From positions 620,001-684,000 of the forward strand of contig OZ237766.1 in assembly GCA_965178125.1 (NCBI GenBank): DNA of 64,000 nt, read 5' to 3'. A model generated the notes under the pieces. The model was not told the DNA's origin and searched no databases. It worked only from the letters and a program-made list of their open reading frames with translations. Origin of the DNA: Bilabrum cf. latius (lineage: Eukaryota). Below are positions 24,901 to 36,713 of the stretch, piece after piece. Made by a program: the position numbers and the translations under genes. The stretch's first letter is position 1, and each line of letters starts with the position of its first letter.

Positions 24901-25727
24901 GTCAGCGAGAGGTTGATCTTGATGCCCTCCTTCATCCGCACCCCCGTGGCGCCCGTCTTACTGGGCCTCTCGGACCCCGCCAGGTCAACCAGGTTGAGCT
25001 TGCCCTGCGTGATGTGCTCGTCGCCGTCCTCTCTCTTCTCGCAGGCCTCGATCACCACCGTGAAGATCGAGTGGGACCTAGACGAGGTGGCGTTCATGGC
25101 CGTGGCGCCCGTGGTCCTGTGCTTGTTGCCGCGCTCCATGACCACGTCGATCTCAGACACTCCCTTGCACACGATCTCCGTCAGACCCTTCACGTAAACC
25201 CCCTTGTCAGGCGACTCCTTCAGGTCCATTTTCTGATGCGGGTCCTTGCCAAGCAGGTCCCGGATCTCCTCGTTGTACAGCTCTAGATACGAGGCCCTGA
25301 CCAGGAACTGCTTGTCCGAGTTGGCCTTGATGTGCTCAAACACGTGCTCGATGGCGTTCGGGATGATCCCCCGCATCTCGGGGGGCTCTGGCAGTCCCGA
25401 CATGGTGTGTGTCTTGCCGCAGCCTGTCTAACCGTAGGCAAACATCGTTCCGTTGAAACCCGACAGCACGCTTTCCACCAGCGGGTAGCCCGTCTCATCG
25501 TAAACTTCACGCTACGTGGAGTTCTCATCGTACACGCTATCGAAGGTAAACCGCTTCGGATCGTTGCCTCCGTCCTTTGGGTTTGCAATGCCGACCTAGG
25601 ACAGGTCCACGTCAATGTCAATGATCGGCTTGCGCTTTTCCTTTCGCTCCTTGCCGTTGATCGGTCTGCATCGCACCACCACTTTCACTGTTTCGCCATC
25701 CGCCTTTCCGCTGCCGCTCGCTGCCAT
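21909..25727 (-). CDS. kinesin-2 family motor (KIF3/KIF17-like), 1,272 aa, intronless; 7 in-frame TAG=Gln
   Basis: [27 protein letters not shown][TAG][82 protein letters not shown]. Kinesin-2-like stalk with [11 protein letters not shown], then a Gly-rich tail. TAGs at 25598, 25514, 25430, 24608, 23738, 22070 and 21932; TGA at 21911-21909. Confidence 0.93.
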
Positions 25728-26142
25728 CCTCAGCCCTTGGTCAAGCTGCCGGGCAATTCGAAATTATAATTAATCGCGTCTCAGGAACGAAGCTATAAAT
25801 CGGCCAATAATGATCGCTGATCTGCCAACAATCGAAGCTAGTGTCCGTCACAATACGTACCAAATAGCTTGACAATCCGGCTGAGCCCCTGTACCAACTC
25901 GACTAGGGCCAATATGCATTGAAAGAAAAAAACGGATGGATGCCAACTCTTGTCGAAACAGCACCCTACAAACGGTCGATTGTGCTTGGCATTGCGCAAG
26001 GCTCTGTGTTGCACATTTATTGTATCAGCGCCGAATACAGAAATTTATGGATGTATATTGCACATCGATATCAAAAAATTGCTGGCAATCACTGTGATTA
26101 GATCTGAATCGGCAGGATTGTGGATTGTTGCAGTTGGTGCCA

Positions 26143-27711
26143 ATGAGCTCTCGTGGTGATATCGGCAAATGTGGCGGTTCAGAGCTCCTCTCTGTGGTTT
26201 TGGAGAATGCTACATCTTAGTTTGTATCAGACGGATGGTTTCCGAGGCAGCTTTTTGTAGCGCTGAATTCCCCAGCGGATGCCGTGGCTGTCATTGAGAG
26301 CCCGATGTGCACACACGTCATTGCCCGCACGGGCGAGTACGCAAGAGCGATCACGCTGCAGGACCCCGAATCCAAGGATATAATAGACTGGCGCAAGCCT
26401 CGAGACGTTCTACTATCGCATCCGTGGAGAGTCGCCTGCGCCCTCCCAGGCGGCTTGGCAGGAGCAGCCCCTCCCGCCATGGCAGCAGCGGGCCAGCGCG
26501 TGAAGTTCGTGGAGCCGTGCTGCACCTGGGTGTACGTCGGGAAGAAACTTGCGAGCGCCTCCAAATCCGACGGTCTCGCCCCGGACGGCTTGCCACGCAT
26601 GACCCCAGAGCAGCAGCTCATGCTGCCATCGCCGTCCGAGGACCCCCCCGCACCCTCACTTCCCCGGGGGTACACCCTGGACCGGTTGCGACCGCATCCC
26701 GATCTGGAAGTCGATGGGGAGGGCAGGCCGGTTCCTGGTCCGGACGCGCTTGCCGTTGCCGCTGCCTGGAAGTATGCAGGCCCGGGGACTGCATGTGCCA
26801 TGGAGGCCCGGCTCAGGGGGAGGGGAGCAGGGGAGAGGGGAGGGGCAGCGCTGACGGTGTGCGTGCGATTTGGTGAGGAGATTCAATCGGATGGTGGAGG
26901 CGGGGTGGAGTCAATTGCAGGTGCAGTGTCTGAAGCAGGTGCTGCTTGTACTGGGCCCCCAGCATCTTCGTCCTCGTCGTCGTCCTCGTCATCAGCAGTA
27001 GCAGTAGCAGCGGCAGCGGCTGTGTCCCCCGCAGTGGGCTGGTTCATCCGCAGACCGGATGGTTCTCTTGGTCAGCTGCACGTGCTGGAGGCGCACAGGA
27101 GGAAAGGACTCGCGCGGGCGCTGGTGAGAGAGGGGACGAGGCTGGTGCTGGGGGTAGAGAGGAGGAGAACCAATGCGCTGCGAGGGTTGCAGGACGTGGT
27201 GGCAGTGTCGGCGGGGAGGAGGGGCGGGGCCTCACCCGGGGCTGCTGATGAGGGTGCTGGCGCTGGTGACTCGATTGAGGGTGCTGGCGGTGGTGATTCG
27301 GTTGTTGCTGAGGGTGCTGGCGGTTGTGATTCGGTCGAGGGCAAGGTGGTGGCATACTGGCTGGCAGGGGAGGAGGGTCTTGCATGTGGTGCTGGGGAAG
27401 GGGGTCATTGGAAGGATAAGCACGGCAGTCCAGTGCATAGTACTGGTGGAAGCACAAATGCATAGGCTACTAAGGTGACAATAGTAGCCGATGGGCCTTA
27501 GACAGATGAGACAAGCGACAGCACCAGAGGACCGGCGGATCCAGCTACAGTATCGTCTGCCCCCGCGCTAGGAATAGCCCCATTTATCGACGCAGCCGAC
27601 TACAACGAGGCCTCTCGTCTGCTGTTCAGACAGGAGGGCTACTTGCCCGTGTGCAGGGCCACTTGGATCGTGAGGGTGAGGGGGGAGGCAGAGGAGGGGG
27701 GGGAGACTTGA
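26143..27711 (+). CDS. GNAT-family acetyltransferase (glycine N-acyltransferase/FR47-like C-terminal domain); start uncertain
   Basis: Acetyl-CoA motif A is GSLGQLHVLEAHRRKGLARALV. Reading TAG 27463 and 27499 as Gln adds the missing motif B, PFIDAADYNEASRLLFRQEGY, before TGA 27709-27711. Confidence 0.72.
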
Positions 27712-27864
27712 TCCACTGCTGGTAGGCCTGTTTTTGCGGAGGATGCTAACTAGTCCTTTTGCTGCGAGTAGGCAGGCAGGCAGGCAAACCGATGCACATG
27801 CTGTACCCAATTTTCCACGCACTGGTCTAGGTATAAACTCACATGTATTCACTCGTCACACGTA

Positions 27865-29227
27865 TCACTTCCCTGCGGCCCTGGCTTTGGCCGCCTTTTG
27901 CTTCTCCATGTAGGCCAGCCTCGCTGCAGCCCTTGCTTCCCTGCTGCTGCCGGCACCTGCACCACTGCCGCCGCTTGAACTGACCTTACCCCCAGCACCA
28001 ACCTTGCCTCCACCAGCCGGAGCCGCTCGTCGAGCCGCGGGCCCGGCCGATGCCGCGGTCTTTGCCCCACCCACGCGGCCTCCGACGGTCTTGTGCACCC
28101 GCCTGACCCCCCCCGTGCTCGCTACCCCCCCCTTGACGTTCTTGCTCACGCATGCCCCCCCCGTGCCTCGGTGCACCCCCCCCGGACCGGAACCGTCCAC
28201 CGCCCGGATCGCAGACCGACCCTGACCCCCCATCCCGACGAACCCATGGATGTTCCCACCACCCCCTCCGCCCCCGCCGCTGGTCCCCCCCCTGGCCCCC
28301 CTCGCGGGAATCCTCTTGCTCTCGTCCAGCACCCTTCCCCCCCTGGTGATGTCCTTGGCGCCTCCCAGCGTGCTCACCACCCCTTTGAACTTGCCAAACG
28401 TCACTCCGGGGGTGCTCCCTTTCTCGCTCGCCTGCGTCGTGATGGCCCTCGATCGGCCCTGCGTCACCTGCCGGATGTTGCTGCCCCCAGAGCCGCCCCC
28501 GCTGCCAATGCCAATGCCGCCGACCTTCTTCCGCTGGGCTCCCGCGGCCCCCACGCCCCGCTTTGCCCCGCCTGCCCCGATGGAACCCGCCTTCACCTTG
28601 GCCCCTGCCTTGCCCGCCTTCCCCGCAAATACCCCTTTGCTCCGCTTGGGACCGGCCCCGCCACCACCGCCCCCCCGGCGGCCCTGGGGGAAGGCAGATT
28701 TGCCAGAGCCGCCGATAGACTTGCCCGCTCCGCCGGGCTTTGCTATGCCCCCGTCCTCTCCCAGGGTGACCATCTTACCGCCCTTCATGACCGTGACACC
28801 GGAGCCGGCACCAAGCCGCCCACCGCGCCCGGAGGATTCCTCGATGGCGCCAGTTCCGATGTGCTCTGCCACCGGTACGTCGCCCATCCCAGCGCCTTGG
28901 AGCGACTTTATATGCTTAAACATGCCTGCGCAGTGCAAAGCAAACGATGGAAAACATGGTGGAAATGTCTCCTAGAGATGTGATGTCGCACATTCTGGCC
29001 ATCCATTCGTTGGCCGGGTTGCATGGATAGAATGCAAGGAAGAATTGAGTAGGGTCAAATACGCCAATAATACTAATCTCACCCCCTGGGGCCCCTAGGC
29101 CAGCCTCTTTAGCAGCATTGATGTACTTATCAGACAAAACAAGGCAGCCATCTCGGTGACCTTTACCTCCTTCCATTTTCTCCATCTTTCCCGTGACAGG
29201 GTTGATTTTCACTGGAGCCCGTGACAT
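27865..29227 (-). CDS. Gly/Lys/Arg-rich low-complexity hypothetical protein, 401 aa; 2 exons (29227-29083, 28925-27865)
   Basis: ATG MSRAPVKINPVTGKMEK...; a phase-1 GTGAG...CGCAG intron (29082-28926) joins ORF 28916..29347 to ORF 27865..28938; TGA stop. Confidence 0.7.
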
Positions 29228-29444
29228 AATGATAGATTTCCGTGCTCGTGCTATCAAAAATATCACACCAAGCGACAGTAATTCGCGTCTTGGTGTCGAG
29301 AACTGCAGGTGCGACCAACCGCTACTTTCATCGGTTTCGTGATCCACCTTGTGACGAGTGATCTCGCTCGACTGCTTCGGGGTGACGTGACGTCAGCGAT
29401 ATCAAACCCATAGAGCTGATCACGTCCCCCTTCTATCAATTCAA

Positions 29445-32400
29445 TTACTTCTTTCCTTTTCCTTTTCCCTTCTTCCCCTTGCCCCCGCCCTCGCTCGATT
29501 CCTGCCTCCCGCCGCCCAGCGCAGCCTCGTAGGGCCCCGCGAAGCACCTCACGGGCCCCCTCGTTGAGAACACCGTCACCTCTACCTCCACCGCAACTCC
29601 GGCGCTACCGCCGTCGTGTTCCGATTTGCTCTCCCCCTCTTTCTCCTCCCCATCGAGGTCCACGTCCACGTCCGGGTAGGCAGGCGGCATCCGCAGCCGG
29701 ACCGCCTGGGACTCGTCCATCCCCAGGGGGGGCGCGCTCGTCGCACCATCCTCACTCGTCACACCGATGGGGGGCACGGCGAACACCTCGGCCCGGATGC
29801 GGATCCACGGGCGGGGGCACGGGGGCAGCACCACCGTGTGTTCCCTGCCCTGGGCCCCGTCCAGCAACACCAGTTCCCTAGGGAACAACGAGAGGGCCCG
29901 CCCGTCCATGGCTTGTTCCCTGGCTTCGAGGGCCTCCTGATCCGCCCGTGCCTTCTCCTCTTGTTCCCTGGCCTACTCCTCGGTCCGGCGGGGATTCCCT
30001 CCCTTGGACCCTTTCCCCTGCTCCTTGCCACGGGGACTGGCGCTCTTGCTACTGCTCCTGCTACTGCTCCCACTCTTGCTCTTGCCACTTCCATCTCCGT
30101 CCTATTCGCTTCCTTGCGACTTAGAAGGGACCACCACTCTGCCCTCTGATCCGATCTCCACCCTCGCGGACGCCCACAGGGGGGCACCCACGAGCCGGAG
30201 CCGCACGGCGTACGCGTCGGCGGCCGCTGCGTCCAGCCACTCGTCCAGCGCCACCGTGCGCGCCACAGTGCACTGCACCCTGGGCCGCAGCACCGACACG
30301 AAGCACGGAAGCGCCGCGATGCGATGCTCCGTCCTGCTCGTCACATCTATCCCGCAGGCACGGGCCCCCGGGGGTGCCACGGCAACCAGCTGCCCGGCCC
30401 GGCTCCCATCCGGCCCCGCATCCCACCACGGCTCCTCCTCACTCGTCACACTATCGTCACTCGTCATGCTAGCGCCCCACAGCGCCTTGCCTCTTGGGAG
30501 CAGCAGCACCCCGGCCTCGTCCACGGCTCGGGGAACACACAGGGGGCCCTGGGAGGCGAGCAGCAGCGGGGGAGGGGCGGCTCTCGCAGAGGGGGGGGAC
30601 AAAGAAGCCACCAGCTCGGGGGGGGGCTGCACCACCATGCGATGCACCCGAAGGCCTAATGCGGACAGGCAGCGGCTGCGAGTCCCGGCCACTAGGTTCA
30701 GCCGATCAGCACCCCCGTACAGTGCACCCGCCGCCGTGACCTCGCAGCCTGCCGGGCACCGGATCCAGGCCAGCCCTGCCAGAATTCCGGAGGTTCCGCT
30801 GCCGCTTGGTCCGGAGCGGCGCCGCGCATCAGGCGGGAGCATGTCGTCCAGTGGCAGCAGCGGAACTGCAAGGCGCACCGTGGCACGGGAATGCGCGGCG
30901 CCCGTTGCGGAGCCGGTGCCAGGTCCTCCTGCCGCTGCCGGCGCCACGCCCCCGAGTGCACTGCACTGCGGCGGGTCCAGCGCATGCAGGGAGGGCGCCA
31001 AGTCAACGGCTAGTCCGCTGCACGCACCCGCGGGTAACTCCGCACCACCGTCATACTCGGCCCCAGGCTACCGTCGCACGGTTGCGGTGACGGCAGCGCA
31101 CAACGTCGCATCGCCGGCCCCATCGTCATCCTGCTCGGATGCTTTCCCTGCCCCATTCCCACTGGCTGCCGCAGCCGCATCGCCCGAGTCCCCTTTCCCC
31201 TTCCCCTCCCCCTTCACCCACAAGGCCAAGAAGACCCCCCCGTCTCTGGCCCGCTGGCCCACGGAGCCGTGCACCGCCCACCCAACCGCCGGGCCGCCTG
31301 GCTCTGACCCGAACGGCTCCGGATCTACCTGGTCTGCATCGGAGGAAGCACCCCCACCCGCACCCCCGCCCTCACTCGTCATCATGCCTCGCTTGACTCC
31401 CTGTGCCCTGGCATACGCGTCCCACCGGCCTCCGACCGGCCCCCCAGCCAGCACCAGCACAGAGGCTGCCCCTCCAGCCCCTAAATCCCCCCCGCTATGG
31501 GCCCCTTGTGTTCCCTGCTGGTGGGTGAGCACTCCCACGGCATGCTCCAGGGAACACAGCTGCTCCAGCCCCCTCGCCCCGTGCGCCTGCAGCAGACCCC
31601 CCGCCGTAACAGAGTGGCGGCCCAGGGCCCGGGACGCCTCCTCTGTGCCATCGTGCAATGCACCCAGTGGTCCATCCAGAGCCCCCGCCCCACACATCAG
31701 CACCCTGGGCCCGGGGCAGAGCGCCACCACACCCCTGATCCCATCACCATCGTGCGATGCACCCACCAGCAGCGAGCTGGCCCTTGCGGCTCCCGGGCAA
31801 GTGTGAACCGCCCACACTGCTTCCGCCAACCGTTGCAGCACTGGCGCGGGAACGGGATCCATTGACCCTGCACCCGCAGCAGACGTTGTTCCCTGGGCCC
31901 CCGTCCCGCCGGCTTCCTTACCCTTCTTTCCTTTCCCTTTTCCCTTGCCCTTGCCCCCCGAACCCCCACCACCACCGCCGCCGTCACCCCCGCCCATGGC
32001 CGCCTCGATCGCTGCCTGCGCCCCCGGTGCATCCACCCTCAGGCCCAGGCTGGCCGCGACCTCCACCCGCCTCACCTCCCGCTGGTCCTCGAGCAGGTCC
32101 CGGCACCGGCGCGCCACCGCCGCCGCGCTCACCACCTCCGTCACCTTGCGCTGCAGTGCAGTGCACGGGGTGGAGCCCCACCGCGGGAGCGACCGAAGCG
32201 CGGCAGTGACCTCATGTCCGAGCGGAGAAGACCCCTCGCCCTCGCCCTCGTCCTCCTTGCCTTCCCCCGCACCTGCGGCTGGCCCCCTGCTGCCGCTGCC
32301 CCTGCCGCTGCTGTCCAGAGGCTGCAGCACTCCACCCGTCATCATCTCCAGGCACAGCGCACTCGTCACACGGTCCGCGCCCCCGCACGCCTCGAGCACA

Positions 32401-33773
32401 GCAGCCAGCAGGTACCCCGGCCACAGGGCGATTTGTCCGCTGGGGTACACAGCCACTGGTGTGACGAGTGCAAGGGTGGAGTCCTACTCCCCTGCACCGG
32501 CACCAGTGGAAGCGGCAGCGGCATCGTCCTCGTCTTTGCCATCATCACCACTGCCTGCCTTCCCCTGGCCCTGGCCCTGACTCGCCTGCCCATCGGTTGC
32601 AACGGCCGGCAGCCTCCCCCCCTTCACGACGAACCTTCGCCAGCGGCCCTTGACGAATAGAGCCACCACTGCATCCGGGGCACGGGCGCGACCCTCTTCC
32701 TCGTCATCGACATCGCCATCTTCATCTGCATCTTCGGTACCTGTCCTCCCGAGCGGTTCGCAGCGAACCTTCTCTCGGCCCAGCATCCAGTCAGCCTCCA
32801 GCAGCTGCAGGCCAAATGGCACATCGCCCGGCGAGTGCTCACCATCACCAGCGCCAGCACCTGCACCTGCACCCGATTTCCCGCCGCTATCACCCGATGC
32901 ACTCTCCCCACTCCCGCTTCCCGTATCACTCGTCACACCGGACGCCCCCACCCTGCCTGCCAGACGGTCCAGCGGCCCGCACCTGACCAGCTGCCTCGGG
33001 TCAAGCGCCGCCCCCTGCGACCGGGCCATGACGGCGATGGCCCGGCACAGCGCGGCGGTTGCAACCTCAAGGGGGTGCGTGGTATGGTGCGAGTCCGATG
33101 CGTCGGCAGAAGGGGAACCCGAGGAGGAGGAGGAGGAGGCGGCAGAAGACAGGCTGGCATAGGCACCTGCTCGAGATCGGATCACGGCGAGGGCGCTGCT
33201 GGGCAGCCGGACCGAGCAGGCATCGAACGAATCCGATTTGGTGGACAGAATACCCATGACTTCATGCTGGCAGCGGGATTGCCGTAGCGCCTGCGTGGCT
33301 CCCGTGGCAGAGGCGAGCGACGGGCTCCCGAACGAAACGGTGGATGCTTCAGGCGCATCTACAGCGCGACGGGCCGCAGCGAAGAGATCGCGAGGGTCGT
33401 ACAGAAGCTATACATCTCGGACATCTCCGTTTTCTTGCCCAGGTTGCAGCTGCTGCTTCCAGTCCGTGGCGCAGATGCGCACGGACAGGTGCTCGTTGGA
33501 AGCAGCCGCAGCTGCCTCTGTGGAGTCATCCAATGCGGCCTCCCCTTGCTCGGTAGGATTGCCCGCCGTGCGAAGCATGTCTTGCATTTCACGGTCACGT
33601 TGTGCCTCTTGTGCCACCATGGAAGACTCTACTAGCCCTTCCATCCAATCCGTCCCTGCAGCAAGAGTCGTGGCATCCAGCTTTCCGACAAAGTCCAGAT
33701 CCCGCGGTGCCATTGTGGGTGGTGGCAGTGATTCATCAAATTCTACCGCATGCGTATCGATTTCCATGGCCAT
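29445..33773 (-). CDS. ~1,440-aa hypothetical protein with a possibly degenerate calpain/androglobin-like segment; 5 in-frame TAG
   Basis: ORFs 33408..34100, 32484..33257, 31068..32456, 30102..31001 and 29445..29909 share one frame and are linked by TAG. VVALFVKGRWRRFVV...RLP...IALWPGYLLAA resembles the calpain-family 'lf..G.Wr...vDd.lP...lW..LleKA' pattern. Ends at TAA; start uncertain. Confidence 0.62.
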
Positions 33774-34267
33774 GGCAGCCTGTATGAAACGCAGTTGCCG
33801 CAACGGACCTTTCTGGATTATACCAAATATTCGATCAAAAGCACACGTTATCACAATAGCACAGCGTTGCAACCTGGAGCCTACTACGTAAACCCCAAAG
33901 TATGCGCCTTCCCATGCCAGTGCCAGTGCAGTGGTCGCTGCTACTCCATGCGCACGTGCTGGTGCTGGACCCTGAGCCAACTTGACGGAAGATCCGCCCC
34001 TGGCAGGCGCGCATTCAATGGCCTGTCCATCAGCTTCTTGCCAAAGTCCGGGTATTACGGGGAGCACTGTTGTGCGGCAGAAGTGGTGAGATTCATCCAA
34101 TTCTAGCTAGAACGGCCTGTACGAGGTCCAGGATTCGTTTTCCGGGAAAACTTTTCCCCCCAAACAAATTGTTCCGTGTAGTTCAAGCAGTAAATAAAAT
34201 AAAATAATGGTGACGAGTGCGCTGACGGCCCAAATCCTCCTGGCGCACCTTCGCATATCTTGACAAT

Positions 34268-36247
34268 ATGGCAGCATCTGGAACGACTTTGCTTAAGGCC
34301 GTAACTAGCGATGCTGGTAGCAGTGCTGTCAAAATCAGGCGAGCGCTGGTATCTGTGTTTGACAAGGCTGGCGTGGTGGATTTCGCCCGCGAGCTGAGCG
34401 GGATGGGTGTCGTGCTCCTCTCAACTGGCGGTACGAAGCGCAAGATCGCCGAAGCCGGCATCCCTGTCACGGATGTAACCGAGTACACTGGGGCCCCCGA
34501 GATCCTTGATGGCCGCGTGAAGACACTGCACCCGAAGGTGCATGGTGCTCTGCTCGCTGTCCGCGGCAATGAGAGCCACGAGAAGCAGATGAAGGAACAG
34601 GGGATCGAAGGCATCGACCTGGTTGTATGCAATTTGTACCCTTTCGCAGATGCCGTTGGCAAGGGCGGCGATTACGATACGTGCATCGAGAACATCGACA
34701 TCGGCGGGCCGTGCATGATCCGAGCGAGCGCAAAGAACCACCGGGCCGTCACCACCGTCACCTCCCCGGGACAGTACGCAGAGCTCTTGGAGCACCTGAA
34801 GGCGAACGATGGCGCGGTCGACTTCAAGATCCGCAGGCGATTCGCCGCGCGAGCCTTTGCAGTCACCGCCGCCTATGACGCCGCCATCTCCGAGTGGGCC
34901 GCGGCCCAGGTGGACGCGGCGGAGAAAGAGGAGGAGGAGCAATCCAAGGCTGGCGATGGAGCCGCTGCCGCGTCGGGCGCCGGCACCTCTTCCTCCAGCG
35001 GTAGCAGTGCGCTGTCCCTGCCCTCCACCTCGCACCGGGTCTACTCGACCGAGTTCCAGCTCAAGTACGGCTGCAACCCGCACCAGAAGCTGGCCTTCGT
35101 GGCGGCACCCGCGGGCGGCTCGCTGCCCTTCAAGGTGGTCAACGGGCGGCCGGGGTACATCAACCTCCTCGACGCCGTGAACGCCTGGGCGCTCGTGGTG
35201 GAGCTAAGGCAGGCACTGGGCAAGCCCGCCGCCACCTCATTCAAGCACGTCTCTCCCGCCGGCGCTGCCATCGCCGCCCCCCTCACCGACGTGCTGGCCC
35301 AGGCCTACGAGGCCGTGGGCAAGGAACTCACCCCCCTCGCCACTGCTTACCTTCGTGCCAGGAACGCGGACCCCATGTCCTCCTTCGGGGACTTTGTGGC
35401 CGTCTCGGAGGTCGTGGACGAGGCCACCGCCAGGATCCTCAAACCGGAAGTGTCCGACGGGATCATCGCTCCGGGGTTCGAACCCGCGGCCCTCGAGATC
35501 CTCAGCGCCAAGAAGGGCGGGAACTTCATCGTGCTGGAGGGCGACGTGGCCTCGGTCAGCAGGGGAGGGCTGGAGTACAGGGAGCTGGGCGGGGCCGTGT
35601 TTGCCCAGGAGAGGAACACCCGTGTGTTCTCCAAGGAGGACATGACGGGGGTGGGCAAAGAGGCCACGGGGGCGGGCAAAGAGGGAGGGCCTGGACCCTT
35701 GCCCGAGGGGGCCGTGGACGACCTTGTGCTTGCCTCGGTTGCCGTCAAGTACACGCAGAGCAACTCTGTGGGGTACGCCCAGGGGGGCCAGATGGTGGGC
35801 ATCGGGGCGGGGCAGCAATCCCGCGTGGATTGCGTCAAGCTGGCGGGCCGCAAGGTCAAGACGTGGTTCCTGCGGCAGCACCCCAAGGTGCTGGCCCTCC
35901 CGTTCAAGAAGGGCACCAAGCGGCAGGACCGCGTCAACGCACGGGTGCGGTACATCGAGGGCGACTTCACGCCCGCCGAGTACGAGCAGTGGAAGGCCAT
36001 GTTCGACTCGGAGCCGGAACCCCTGACGGACGCCGAGCGGGCCGAGTTCGTCAAGACGCTGGACGGCGTGACCCTGGCGTCGGACGCCTTCTTCCCGTTC
36101 CGGGACTCGATCGACATTGCCGCGCAGCTGGGCGTCAAGTTTGTGGCACAGCCGGGCGGGTCCAGGGCGGACGCGGACGTGGTTAAGACCGCGGAGGAGT
36201 ACGGCATGAGGATGGTCTTCCACGGGGTGAGGGCCTTCCACCACTGA
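34268..36247 (+). CDS. ATIC: bifunctional AICAR transformylase/IMP cyclohydrolase (ATIC/PurH), 659 aa
   Basis: RALVSVFDKAG, STGGT, GRVKTLHPKVHG, ENIDIGG, LKYGCNPHQ, SFKHVSPAGAA, KYTQSNSV, GAGQQSRVDC, SDAFFPFRD; intronless; TGA stop. Confidence 0.98.
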   Translation: MAASGTTLLKAVTSDAGSSAVKIRRALVSVFDKAGVVDFARELSGMGVVLLSTGGTKRKIAEAGIPVTDVTEYTGAPEILDGRVKTLHPKVHGALLAVRGNESHEKQMKEQGIEGIDLVVCNLYPFADAVGKGGDYDTCIENIDIGGPCMIRASAKNHRAVTTVTSPGQYAELLEHLKANDGAVDFKIRRRFAARAFAVTAAYDAAISEWAAAQVDAAEKEEEEQSKAGDGAAAASGAGTSSSSGSSALSLPSTSHRVYSTEFQLKYGCNPHQKLAFVAAPAGGSLPFKVVNGRPGYINLLDAVNAWALVVELRQALGKPAATSFKHVSPAGAAIAAPLTDVLAQAYEAVGKELTPLATAYLRARNADPMSSFGDFVAVSEVVDEATARILKPEVSDGIIAPGFEPAALEILSAKKGGNFIVLEGDVASVSRGGLEYRELGGAVFAQERNTRVFSKEDMTGVGKEATGAGKEGGPGPLPEGAVDDLVLASVAVKYTQSNSVGYAQGGQMVGIGAGQQSRVDCVKLAGRKVKTWFLRQHPKVLALPFKKGTKRQDRVNARVRYIEGDFTPAEYEQWKAMFDSEPEPLTDAERAEFVKTLDGVTLASDAFFPFRDSIDIAAQLGVKFVAQPGGSRADADVVKTAEEYGMRMVFHGVRAFHH

Positions 36248-36713
36248 GGATGGTGCCGGTGCTTGTGCGGGTGCTGCTACAGTCCATGATGGTGGATTGC
36301 GGCGAGTGTGTGCATAGGGAGAAGGGGCTGCGTGAATAAGGTGCGTACGTGCGTGAGTGTAAAGAGTTTGGAGAGGGAGGGGTGGGGCGGGCGTGTTGGC
36401 TCCTACCTTGGTTGGCATGTGTTGCTTGCCATTTGGGGTGGTCGCGAGGGTGTCGGCGCCAGGAGCGCGGGCCGTCGTGGGACGAGCCGGCTCGCGCGAT
36501 TATTCCTTGTTGATCTTTAAACAGAGGTCACTTTGCATTGCAACGGCCTGAACCACGGGTTGTCCTGCAACAATCGGCACTTGTCTTCCGCCCCCCTCAT
36601 CTTCATCATCATCATGGATCACTCGGCGAATATATCACCCGTGGATCCTGCACCGCTCGACACAAAGGCCGTTGGACCAGATCATTTCCCCTATTTGTAT
36701 TCTTAAGCGAGGT

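Noticed and set aside
25428-25430. TAG as pyrrolysine, Leu, Glu or Tyr
   Set aside because: Conserved-column and poly-Q contexts all indicate Gln; no Pyl machinery is visible and the locus is eukaryotic.
30004-31806. Long opposite-strand or alternative-frame ORFs (e.g. 30004..31806 +, 23865..25286 +, 62623..63867 +, 35237..36418 -, 42390..42902 +)
   Set aside because: Shadow ORFs expected in high-GC coding DNA; they overlap better-supported genes and have no recognisable motifs.
34268-36247. Bacterial origin or HGT of intronless purH
   Set aside because: The sequence has eukaryote-type ATIC motifs (LKYGCNPHQ, KYTQSNSV, GAGQQSR) and host-like composition, and most genes here are intron-poor; no positive evidence without a phylogeny.
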